A stretch of 31,363 bases of DNA from a virus. The notes below the pieces were generated by a model, which was not told where the DNA came from, made no database searches, and saw nothing but the letters and a program-made list of their open reading frames with translations. Both the position numbers and the translations under genes were made by a program. Position 1 is the stretch's first letter. Every line of letters starts with the position of its first letter. The stretch spans positions 1 through 31,363 of the IMG/VR virus record IMGVR_UViG_3300045988_116134; one strand, given 5' to 3'. Below are positions 7,030 through 15,757 of this stretch, in pieces.

Positions 7030-10000
7030 TCACCACGCTTTCTGCTGCTGAGCAATATCGGCAGCTAGCAGTTCTGACATTCTTCTAGTGATAGATTGTA
7101 AATCGCTATCACTATAATTATTAAAATTATCAACATTAAGATTAAAAGTCATACCGTTTGAACCTTGCTGATTTGCATTTGACTGCAAAACATTGCTATC
7201 AGCTACAAGCTGACCGCTTGAGTTTGTTGCAATACCGGCTACTGCAGGTGTCAGAGTTGGCATATCAAAACTGCTGTAGGCGTCGACTACTTGTCTCATT
7301 TGGTCTTTCGCGTTTGCTACAACACCTTTAGTGCTGTCTGCAATACCAACACCGATACCTTCACCAACAAATCGGCCGACCTCATCACGCATAACTGTTG
7401 AAGGTGAGTGGATGCCGAAGAAGTCTTTGATTCCGTCAACTACTCCGTCAACAAAACCTGAGATTTTGTCTTTAATCCATTTTACACAGTTTTTAATACC
7501 GCTCCACAAGCCTTGTACAACATTTTTACCAATGTTCCACATTTCTTTACCCAATGACGCTAAGCCTTTGACAATCGCAACAATAATTTGAGGTAGATTT
7601 TTAACAAGTTCCACAAGCATTTTTGGGATCGCTTTGACAATACCCATAAATAACTGTACGGCGCCTTTAATCAGTGTTGGTAAGTTTTTAATCAATGTTT
7701 TTACAATAGTAATAATAATTTTTGGTATCTGTGGTATTAGCTTTGTAATAAAAATTGGGATTGCTTTAATTAAGCCCATCATCAGCTGAATGCCACCTTT
7801 AATAATCGCGTCAATGCTATTAATTAAACCGTTTACAATGCAAGTAATAATTCTTGGTAGATTTTTTACAATTGCCGAAATTATCTTAGGTATTGCTTTG
7901 ATAATGCCCATTAACATTTTAATTGCACCGTTAATTATTTGTGGCACTGCATTAGTTAATGCAGTGACTATTGAGTCTATCATTGTCGGTAAAGCGGTTA
8001 AAATAGCGTCAATCACTTGTGGCAGGGCGTCAACAATACCCAACAACATATTAATCACACCACTAATAATATGAGGTAAACTTTCCATAGTTGTGTTATA
8101 AATTTGATTAATAAATGTTGGGAAATAGTTAATAAAAAATGCAAGTAACTGTTGCACAAGTTGATTAGCACTAGTAATGATCGATTGTATAAATCTCGGA
8201 ATTTGTTGAGTTAACGAAGTTATCAGTTGAGGAACAATTTTAACCACTGTAGCAGTTAGCTTTGGGATTGCTTGTAATATGCCATTTGCTAGAGTAGTAA
8301 TTAGTGACATACCTACATTGATAATTTGAGGCAATGCTTGTATTAAGTTGCTTAAAATAGTATTGACTAATTTGCCTATTGCGTTGCCAAATTCTTTGTC
8401 CGAACCTTTAACACCTGTTACCATACCCTTTAAAGCCGGAATTACATCACTTGAAACAGTCTGAACCATATCTCTGAGCGGACTTTCAGCATTTTCAAAA
8501 ATTGAAATTTGAAAATCTTGGAAAGTAGACGATAGAATTTTCATATCACCGTCCAAGTTGTCAATCATTCCGTTAGCCATTTCTTCAGCTGTACCGTTAC
8601 AGCTTTTTAATGCAGACGAAAGATTGTTAACATCTGTTTCACTACTGTTCATTAATGCCATCCAGCCCGAAATAGCCTCAGTGCCTGCAATCTTCTTCGC
8701 ATAGTTAGTTTGTTCCTCTGCGGTCAATCCTCGCCATGCTTGCCTTGACTCATTAATAACATCAGATAGTGCTCTAGCTTTGCCGCTAGAATCATAAAAT
8801 TGTACACCAAGTTTCTCTGTTAATGTTCCTAGTGCACCAAGACTCTTATCTGATGCGCCAGCGTCTGTTGATAGTCTTGTTATAATAGCTCTTAGAGATG
8901 TACCTGCCTGAGTTGATTTGATACCATTGTTAGCCATTAAACCGATTTGCTCGCCAACATTTTCAACATTATATCCAAGTGAGCCAGACAAGCTGGCTAC
9001 ATATTTAAATGTTTCGCCCATTTTGCCAACGTCGGTATTCGCTGATGTTGCGGTTTTTGCTAACACATCAGCAAAATGGTCTGCTTCACTTGCCTTGAGC
9101 CCAAAGGCAGTCATTGCGTCTGTAACAATGTCAGAAGTAGTTCCTAAGTCTTCGCCGCTTGCAGCCGCCAAGTTCAAAACACCACTTAATGCTGATGTAG
9201 ATTGTTCTACATTCCAACCGGCCATTGCCATGTACTCAAGTGCTTGTCCTGATTCTTCAGCCGTAAAAACTGTACTTGCACCCATTTTTTTCGCTGAGTC
9301 TGTTAGTTTATCAAGTCCTGCTTTGTCCGTATTCGCAATACTAGCAACCTTTGACATTTGAGCTTCAAAACTCTTGCCAGTGTTGATTGTTTCAGTAGCA
9401 AGACTTTTTAACCCTGATACTGCTGAAGATATACCACTTGAAACCAAATTTGCAACTGCACCTTTAAAAATTGTAAAACCACTTTTAGCGTCTTTGGCTT
9501 TCTTTCCTGCGTTTTCTACTGCATCGCCGACATCCTTAACAGAAGTTTTGCTCGTCTTAGATTTTTCGCCGACTTTTTTAATTTCATCACCGGTTTTGTT
9601 TGCTTTTTTTCCTGCACTATCAAATTCGTTTCCTACATTTTGAAGATTTGATTTTGCATTTTTTGCTTCTGCACCGGTTTTTTGCAAGTCTGTGCTTGTG
9701 TCTTTAATTTCTTCATCAGCATTACTAGACTTAGTGCCAGTTTCTTCTACCGCTGAACTAAATTTCTTTAATTCACCTTGAGTCTTTGCGACTTCACGCT
9801 CAAATGCTCGATACTGTCCCTCATCAATTTCTCCTTGAGTAAATTTATCTTTTATCTGTTCTTGTACATCTGATAGTAGCTTAAGTTTATCTTTAGCACT
9901 GTTGACTTGCTTTGCAAGTAATTCTTGTTTTTGTCCCAGCAGAATAGTGTTCGTTGGATCAAGTTTTAATAATCTTTCAACTGTTTTTAGCTCAGTTTGT

Positions 10001-10098
10001 AAATTCCTCGATTCTTTGTCAACATCTTTAAGTGCAGTGGATAGAGCTGTTGTATCAGCTCCAAGTTTGACTGTAATTCCTTTAATTGATGATGCCAA
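7030..10098 (-). CDS. Tape measure protein, 1022 aa
   Basis: Coiled-coil N-terminus, a central TMP core (GALEYMAMAGW), and a long hydrophobic LPxII-type degenerate repeat region. Position follows the chaperones. Confidence 0.9.
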   Translation of the reverse strand: MASSIKGITVKLGADTTALSTALKDVDKESRNLQTELKTVERLLKLDPTNTILLGQKQELLAKQVNSAKDKLKLLSDVQEQIKDKFTQGEIDEGQYRAFEREVAKTQGELKKFSSAVEETGTKSSNADEEIKDTSTDLQKTGAEAKNAKSNLQNVGNEFDSAGKKANKTGDEIKKVGEKSKTSKTSVKDVGDAVENAGKKAKDAKSGFTIFKGAVANLVSSGISSAVSGLKSLATETINTGKSFEAQMSKVASIANTDKAGLDKLTDSAKKMGASTVFTAEESGQALEYMAMAGWNVEQSTSALSGVLNLAAASGEDLGTTSDIVTDAMTAFGLKASEADHFADVLAKTATSANTDVGKMGETFKYVASLSGSLGYNVENVGEQIGLMANNGIKSTQAGTSLRAIITRLSTDAGASDKSLGALGTLTEKLGVQFYDSSGKARALSDVINESRQAWRGLTAEEQTNYAKKIAGTEAISGWMALMNSSETDVNNLSSALKSCNGTAEEMANGMIDNLDGDMKILSSTFQDFQISIFENAESPLRDMVQTVSSDVIPALKGMVTGVKGSDKEFGNAIGKLVNTILSNLIQALPQIINVGMSLITTLANGILQAIPKLTATVVKIVPQLITSLTQQIPRFIQSIITSANQLVQQLLAFFINYFPTFINQIYNTTMESLPHIISGVINMLLGIVDALPQVIDAILTALPTMIDSIVTALTNAVPQIINGAIKMLMGIIKAIPKIISAIVKNLPRIITCIVNGLINSIDAIIKGGIQLMMGLIKAIPIFITKLIPQIPKIIITIVKTLIKNLPTLIKGAVQLFMGIVKAIPKMLVELVKNLPQIIVAIVKGLASLGKEMWNIGKNVVQGLWSGIKNCVKWIKDKISGFVDGVVDGIKDFFGIHSPSTVMRDEVGRFVGEGIGVGIADSTKGVVANAKDQMRQVVDAYSSFDMPTLTPAVAGIATNSSGQLVADSNVLQSNANQQGSNGMTFNLNVDNFNNYSDSDLQSITRRMSELLAADIAQQQKAW

Positions 10099-10103
10099 TA
10101 CGC

Positions 10104-10771
10104 TCAGCCCCTTTCATATTCTTCTATCTCAGATACATAACTGCGATATTCTTGCTCCGAAATAACACCTTCCTCGTATCTTTTTTTTACGATTGGCAGC
10201 GCTTTCTTCGCTATCTTATAAGCCGATTCAGGGTCTTCCCATTTTCCACCTTTACGGACCGTATCAAATCGGTCATAAGACCGAATGAAATTCAAGCACA
10301 TCCCGATGGTGAGGTTGTCCATGTCAACGGTGTTCAGCCCTCTAACGGTTAAACACGCTAACAGCTCTTCTGTTGTCATTGTGTCGCCGTTAGAACTTGA
10401 CCCAACACCGTTTACGCGTTTTTTCTATCGATTTTTAAGTCATTAGATAAGATTTCTTCAATCTGAGAGAAAATATCAAAAACCGGAAATTCTTCAAATG
10501 AGTCAAGCCATTCAAGTGGTTCAGGAATTGAGTTATCGGCGTTCTTCGCTAAGGTCCAAAGAATGTTGTACATTACTTCAAGATTGAATTTTTCAATATC
10601 GTAACTAATTACAGTATCTTTGCCTTTAATCTTTCTAGTCTGTATTGCTTCTTCCATCTGTGCAAGTTCGGCAAGGAATTCCTTGCCGAACTGCATTTTA
10701 TATCGTAGCATTACTGCTCCACTATTTCTGAATCTTACTTTCTTGCCATCGATTGTGATTGTTTTTTCCAT
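10104..10771 (-). CDS. Tail assembly chaperone G-T fusion made by a -1 programmed frameshift
   Basis: The downstream ORF (10104..10379) is in the -1 frame relative to G and stays open from the slippery site. The shifted reading is KKRVNGVGSSSNGDTMTTEE... Confidence 0.7.
10412..10771 (-). CDS. Tail assembly chaperone (G-like)
   Basis: 119 aa, located between the major tail protein and the tape measure. Confidence 0.75.
   Translation of the reverse strand: MEKTITIDGKKVRFRNSGAVMLRYKMQFGKEFLAELAQMEEAIQTRKIKGKDTVISYDIEKFNLEVMYNILWTLAKNADNSIPEPLEWLDSFEEFPVFDIFSQIEEILSNDLKIDRKNA
10418..10424 (-). promoter_or_regulatory. -1 ribosomal frameshift slippery heptamer A_AAA_AAC
   Basis: The zero-frame codons are aga AAA AAC gcg TAA, so the heptamer sits 1 codon before the G stop. 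Confidence 0.7.
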
Positions 10772-11334
10772 TACGCAGCAACCTCCTCGGTAGGAAGTGG
10801 CACCTGATCTAGTAGTTCCATACCGTCAAATTCTGCTTTAACAAGATTGTCAGACATTCTTTTTCTAGCAGCAAGCTCAAATTCTGTTTGCTTAAAATCG
10901 AACTTGCCGTTTTCGCTTGTTGAACCGGACAGCTTAGGGCGTGATGCTTGACAGTTGTAGTATACAGTAGTCTTGCCTTTGCCGTCTGTGGTTTCTTCGA
11001 TAATTAAATAAGCAAAACAAGGCTTTGTTGAGCCTGCATATTCCGCCGTACCTTTAGTGTGCTTCTTATCGCCAAGCCAAACTTCTTTCACCTTGTCGAT
11101 AGCGTCAATAATAGTAGTCTTAATTGAGTATCCACCATTTTCTTCCTGAGAGTAAACACACTGACCATCAGCAAAAACTTCTGATGTGTCGCCTTGTGGA
11201 TCGGCTTCAAAAGAACTACATCCGGCTTCCGCTGAGTCTAACCATGTGATTTTTTCGTATGTGTCTTTTGCTTTACCTTCTGTCCAAGTGGTAGTTAGTA
11301 GAGCATAACCGTTTTTTACAATCGTCTTTTTCAA
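10771..11334 (-). CDS. Major tail protein (phi13-like family)
   Basis: Called from position and size. The preferred start is the TTG at 11334, 7 nt after a strong AAGGAGGA SD. The ORF-track start at 11376 is also a TTG but has no SD. Confidence 0.65.
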   Translation of the reverse strand: MKKTIVKNGYALLTTTWTEGKAKDTYEKITWLDSAEAGCSSFEADPQGDTSEVFADGQCVYSQEENGGYSIKTTIIDAIDKVKEVWLGDKKHTKGTAEYAGSTKPCFAYLIIEETTDGKGKTTVYYNCQASRPKLSGSTSENGKFDFKQTEFELAARKRMSDNLVKAEFDGMELLDQVPLPTEEVAA

Positions 11335-11362
11335 TTTGTTTTCCTCCTTGTATAATAAAAAA

Positions 11363-11689
11363 TCAGGCACTTGCAAAGTAGTAAATTACTTCGCAAACGC
11401 CTTCGTCCTGTATATATATTTCGCCGCTTGTATCATAAGTTCCACAAGCGGCATTTAATATTTCTTCAACTTTCTTTGTTGTTTCTGTATCTCTTTTATC
11501 AAAATATACTTCTAAGGCAATAGTTTCTTCCTTGTAAGCGATTGAACCATCAGCACAAGTACACTCAACCTCGTCTGTGGTCCATATCGTATAAGGTAGA
11601 TTTTGCTTTTTACTAAATGACAAATGAGCACACGCTATTTTATTATTTTTTAATTCTTTGATAACCTCTTTAAGTTTCGTTTTGCTCAT
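11363..11689 (-). CDS. Putative tail terminator / tail completion protein (by position)
   Basis: ATG at 11689 follows a GAAAGG SD. The gene lies between the gp10-like gene and the major tail gene. Confidence 0.4.
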   Translation of the reverse strand: MSKTKLKEVIKELKNNKIACAHLSFSKKQNLPYTIWTTDEVECTCADGSIAYKEETIALEVYFDKRDTETTKKVEEILNAACGTYDTSGEIYIQDEGVCEVIYYFASA

Positions 11690-11694
11690 TTTAA

Positions 11695-12087
11695 TCAACC
11701 TTTCAAAATTTCTTCAACATCATTTATAAATTTAGGTACGATTTTTTCTTCTGCACTACCGATGTGGGGATAGGCTTTAACTCTACCCACTCCACCTTTT
11801 TGAGCGTGACCTTTTTCAAGCAGATGTGTCAGCTGGTAATCTGTAGCATTGTGCACGATAACGGTATAATGACCATTTTGTTTTACTTTTTTGAGTCGCC
11901 AGCCTTTTTTATAATCACCAGTTTTGACCGGTGAAGTGCTTTTTAGTTCGTCGCGCAAAATTTTCGCATCGTCTTGAATAACTTGTTCAAGTTCTTCAGT
12001 AACTTCTTCGGTGTAGGTGTTCATCTGCTTTGCAATTTCATCAGCAAAACTACTAACATCAATATTCATTCTGTACACCGTCAACAA
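11695..12087 (-). CDS. HK97 gp10-family head-tail/neck protein
   Basis: SPVKTGDYKKGW and THLLEKGH are typical of HK97-gp10-like proteins. An alternative ATG start exists at 12069. Confidence 0.7.
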   Translation of the reverse strand: MLTVYRMNIDVSSFADEIAKQMNTYTEEVTEELEQVIQDDAKILRDELKSTSPVKTGDYKKGWRLKKVKQNGHYTVIVHNATDYQLTHLLEKGHAQKGGVGRVKAYPHIGSAEEKIVPKFINDVEEILKG

Positions 12088-12376
12088 GTTTCGTTGATAG
12101 ATATAGTTCTAACTTATCTTTAGTTTTTTGATAAGTTCGATAAATGTAGTAAACTTTATCATCAACTTTGATTTTATTCTCACCGTTGTAGTCAACTGCG
12201 AAAACTAAAATCATCAGCTGAGGCTTTAGCCCTGCTTCACTCGCCTTGAAAAATTCACTTTGATTTACAGATTTTTTGTTACAGAAAATTTGTTTTTCTG
12301 CTGTAATGATTTTTTCGTTGCCTAGTTCGTCAAAGTCAATTCTTTCACTGACTAAAGTTGCGACAGAATCAAACAT
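12059..12376 (-). CDS. Head closure / head-tail joining protein
   Basis: ATG at 12376 follows an AAGGGGTGG SD and overlaps the upstream stop (ATGTTTGA). The call rests on position and size. Confidence 0.6.
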   Translation of the reverse strand: MFDSVATLVSERIDFDELGNEKIITAEKQIFCNKKSVNQSEFFKASEAGLKPQLMILVFAVDYNGENKIKVDDKVYYIYRTYQKTKDKLELYLSTKLVDGVQNEY

Positions 12377-12644
12377 TACTGTCCACCCCTTTGCGATTTG
12401 CAATTGCGTCCCTTAATTTTTCATATTGTTGAATAAATCTATCGTCGCCGTCGCCAAAATTTCCTTTGCAGTAAAAAACAATCGCTTGAGTGATTAACGC
12501 AGAATTAGTTGAAGATATTGAAACTCCTGCACCTTGTAAATCCAAAGTGCAGGAGTCAATTAACATAGATATTTCACTGTCAAATACATCTGCTGTAAGT
12601 CGCAACGATAATTTGACCGCCTTAATAATGTCTTGTGAGGCCAT
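12369..12644 (-). CDS. gp6-like head-tail connector protein
   Basis: AVKLSLRLTADVFDSEISMLIDS fits the Phage_connect_1 pattern. The gene follows the capsid gene. Confidence 0.7.
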   Translation of the reverse strand: MASQDIIKAVKLSLRLTADVFDSEISMLIDSCTLDLQGAGVSISSTNSALITQAIVFYCKGNFGDGDDRFIQQYEKLRDAIANRKGVDSNV

Positions 12645-12664
12645 TATTTAACCTCCTTAATCAA

Positions 12665-13858
12665 TTACGCAGATTTTTTAACTAGCTTAACTAGACTATC
12701 AGTTCTAACTGCTTTACCATCAGCAAGCATAACCATATCTAGTACCTTGTTATGGGTATCATTGTCAATGTAGATATTAGTTGTAAGACTTAGTGCCTCA
12801 TTAAATACATAGTCTTTAAAATCAAAGATAGCGGCAAATGTAATGTCACTAGCTGGACTATCTGTATAACTCTTGATAGCGTCCTCACTAATTGTATTTA
12901 CATTTCTGCCCAGTAGCTGGAACTGTGGCTTACCATCTAAACCAAGGTTCACACGAGCGATAGGCTGACCGTTAGAGTCTGTCATGCCGAGGAACTGGAA
13001 GAATGTTGCACGAGTCATAACATATTCAGCTGATTCGCTATATACATCTTCGACTAGTGTTTCTGCACTAATTAGAGTTTTATAATCTAGTTTGCCTGCT
13101 TTAGTCACATTAACAACCTTGCTAGTTGTTTCTGTTAAGATACCTTTAGGACATCCAGTACCGGTACCGTTGATAATAGCCTTATCAATCATCTTTACCA
13201 TCGCCTGAGCCATTAAATCTGTAAACTGGCTTTCGAAGATTTCAAGACTTGTAACCTGCATAAACAGTGAGAATGAAACTTTGCAGTTGAGCTTGTGAGC
13301 CATAAATGTAATCTTGCTTGTTTCAACTTTCTGCTTGTCGGCGCCTTTGTCTTCATCAACCCAACTCGCTACCGGCTTAACTGCTAAAGTTGGGAAAGCA
13401 ATAGCTGATTCATAATTAGTTTTAAATACCTTAGCGTAAAATGTACCATAGTTTTCAAGTTTGGTAATAATCTGTTCATATAGAGTTGTCGGAACGATAG
13501 AGCCGGCAGTGCTAGAAGTTGTTACTTCGTTTTTGAACTTAGCCGGAATTTCTGTGCCGTGCTGAACAAAATTCATAAATGCTTTTCTATATTCAACGCT
13601 TGCAAAAATGTTAGCAGGTCCTTCGTCGCTTTCGCCTGCATTGCCGGCAAGTGGCAGTGGCGCAGGTGTCTGCTGGTTGTCTAGCGCCTTCAAACTTGCC
13701 TGCACCTGTGCAAACTTTTCAAATTCCTTGTCAAGGTTTTCAATTTTTGCAACAAGCTCACTAGCCTTGTCTAGTTCGCCGTTTTCATTCGCTTTGTTAG
13801 CTTCATTGATTAGATTTGCTCTCTGTTCGAGATAGTCTTTTTTATTCTTAAATTTCAT
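12665..13858 (-). CDS. Major capsid protein, HK97 family
   Basis: 397 aa with a coiled-coil delta-like N-terminus. It follows a ClpP-like protease. Confidence 0.9.
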   Translation of the reverse strand: MKFKNKKDYLEQRANLINEANKANENGELDKASELVAKIENLDKEFEKFAQVQASLKALDNQQTPAPLPLAGNAGESDEGPANIFASVEYRKAFMNFVQHGTEIPAKFKNEVTTSSTAGSIVPTTLYEQIITKLENYGTFYAKVFKTNYESAIAFPTLAVKPVASWVDEDKGADKQKVETSKITFMAHKLNCKVSFSLFMQVTSLEIFESQFTDLMAQAMVKMIDKAIINGTGTGCPKGILTETTSKVVNVTKAGKLDYKTLISAETLVEDVYSESAEYVMTRATFFQFLGMTDSNGQPIARVNLGLDGKPQFQLLGRNVNTISEDAIKSYTDSPASDITFAAIFDFKDYVFNEALSLTTNIYIDNDTHNKVLDMVMLADGKAVRTDSLVKLVKKSA

Positions 13859-13859
13859 T

Positions 13860-14528
13860 TTAAAATTCCTTTCTCTGCTTTAAATTAAGCAGTTCAATTT
13901 TTAGTTGATTTTCTTTCTTTTTCTTCTGCATTTTTGCGATTTTTTCCGGTGCAATCATTCCACCGACTGATGCAACAAAAGATAAGTTAGCGTTGTTGCT
14001 ATTTTGCTTATTTTCAATAATTTTGTCACAAAATCCCTTTTCAACCGCCTCTTCTGCTGTAAGCCAAGTTTCTTTATTCATTAACGCAAGTAGCTCACTT
14101 TCTGCCATACCAGTTTTTAGCCTGTAGGCATTTGAAATTGATTTGTTGCATTTTTTCAAAACTTCAGCTTCGTGCTGATGATCCCGGTTGTCCCCGTAAA
14201 GACCACTTGAAACATTGTGAATCATCATTAACGCAGTTGGTGCGATTTCACTATAACCGGCACAAGCGATAACACTTGCAGCACTTGCCGCAATACCTAC
14301 GATTTTGATAGTAACATTACCTTCGTAGTTATTGAGCAGTTGAAAAATTTCGCTTGCAGTGAACATATCACCACCACCGGAATTGATATTAACTGTAACG
14401 TCATCCCCGTTAGCGTTCTTTAGTTCACTAGCGATACGATGAGCACTCGTGCAATCCTCGCCGAAGAAGTTATAAATCCATTCTTCCGAATTATTGACGA
14501 TTGGACCTTTAACGTTAATCTCTGTCAT
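13860..14528 (-). CDS. Prohead maturation protease, ClpP-like (S14)
   Basis: INSGGGDMFTASEI, GIAASAASVIA and MMIHN are characteristic ClpP-family motifs. Confidence 0.9.
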   Translation of the reverse strand: MTEINVKGPIVNNSEEWIYNFFGEDCTSAHRIASELKNANGDDVTVNINSGGGDMFTASEIFQLLNNYEGNVTIKIVGIAASAASVIACAGYSEIAPTALMMIHNVSSGLYGDNRDHQHEAEVLKKCNKSISNAYRLKTGMAESELLALMNKETWLTAEEAVEKGFCDKIIENKQNSNNANLSFVASVGGMIAPEKIAKMQKKKKENQLKIELLNLKQRKEF

Positions 14529-15757
14529 TATTCATCACCTCCTTCGTCGTCACCGTTTGGAGTCGGTTCAGGGTCAACTACTGTTGCCGTATCAAGTCGG
14601 CGAATAGGATTATCGCCACCCGGTACCGGACCAAGTCCAAGAGTTTCTCGCCATTCGTTAACTGTCAATGCGCCTCTATCTACCAAATTCATAAACTGCA
14701 ACTTGCTAGATAATGATGCGCCTTGTAAATTAAATGAGCCGACAGAAATTTTATTTCCTGAACCTCTCTGCCTTCTAGTAAATAACTTTCTTGTCATTTC
14801 TTCTTGCAGCGCCTTGATAAACGGTTCTATCTCTGCTTCATAGTACGCATTTTCTTCATCTTCATTTGCAGTTGCCTGCAATATTTTTTCAGACATTCCA
14901 AATAAAGATAAAATTCTCATCCTTGTCTTTTCCATCTGTGTTGCATTCGGTACATAGTCTTGTGCATTAATCTGAGTAGCGTCTGCTTTGGCGTCCACCG
15001 CAGCTACGCCCACAGAATCACTAGAAATATTCAAGTAATTATCAGCAAACTGCTGTGCGTTAGTTTTTAAATCTTCGTCACGCATAGCAGTTGTGTACTT
15101 CAACAACCAACGAATTACCGAGCTGTTCTTGATAGCATTGATAATGCCTCTATCTGTAGTTTCCACAACTTCCATTAATGGGGAAAGTGACTTGGCTCTA
15201 CTTGTACCAAAAACATCGTCAAAGGCAAAATCACCACGAATATGAATAATATCTCTATCAGATACGGAAAGTCTCTTTCCTCTTGAAAAATTAAATGTGT
15301 AATACAAATTTCCTTGTTTGTCCGTATCTGCTGTAGCAGATAAGCAAGAAATTGGGAAGAGTTCACAAGGCATATCATTTTCATCACGTAAGATAAGGAT
15401 ATGTAAATTCTGTGTAAGGTCCATAATCGCTGAACACTTCTTGAGAAAGTCTGTAATGCACATATACCGGTTCGGTTCTTCGAGTAGAAATCTCATATAC
15501 GGTTCAGGGTTAATTTGTAACACCTTATTACCGTTTTCATCCGTCGAACTTCTTATGTGGTTGATAGTAAGTTTTGCTATTCTTTTTGCTTTTGCATTAA
15601 TGCAAGAACGAACAATATCATTTTCATAAGGACTAAAGCCCCAAGTCGAAAATACATTGTTATCCTTGATTACATCAACTCTGCTAATTTTTCTAACCTT
15701 GCCGGTAAAAAAATTCTTGAATCTATCAGTTATCTTCAATATCTCACCACCTTTCAA
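14528..15757 (-). CDS. Portal protein, HK97 family
   Basis: NPEPYMRFL, IIHIRGD and LTVNEWRETLGLGPVPGGD are typical of the family. The real start is possibly the TTG at 15739, after an AAAGGTGG SD. Confidence 0.9.
   Translation of the reverse strand: MKGGEILKITDRFKNFFTGKVRKISRVDVIKDNNVFSTWGFSPYENDIVRSCINAKAKRIAKLTINHIRSSTDENGNKVLQINPEPYMRFLLEEPNRYMCITDFLKKCSAIMDLTQNLHILILRDENDMPCELFPISCLSATADTDKQGNLYYTFNFSRGKRLSVSDRDIIHIRGDFAFDDVFGTSRAKSLSPLMEVVETTDRGIINAIKNSSVIRWLLKYTTAMRDEDLKTNAQQFADNYLNISSDSVGVAAVDAKADATQINAQDYVPNATQMEKTRMRILSLFGMSEKILQATANEDEENAYYEAEIEPFIKALQEEMTRKLFTRRQRGSGNKISVGSFNLQGASLSSKLQFMNLVDRGALTVNEWRETLGLGPVPGGDNPIRRLDTATVVDPEPTPNGDDEGGDE

Noticed and set aside
7550-8380. Long run of degenerate hydrophobic repeats (LPxIIxxIVxxL-like) within the tape measure gene.
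   Set aside because: This is a typical internal repeat architecture of Firmicute siphovirus tape measure proteins, not a separate element or repeat array.
1921-10352. Numerous plus-strand ORFs of 60-150 aa inside the lysis and tail genes (for example 1921..2136, 3343..3537, 4187..4507, 4547..4798, 5083..5334, 6091..6309, 6825..7088, 7331..7591, 7790..8074, 8918..9361, 9374..9643, 9902..10165, 10086..10352).
   Set aside because: All lie antisense within long, family-recognisable minus-strand genes. They have low-complexity S/L/F-rich translations and no SD or promoter context. They are shadow ORFs.
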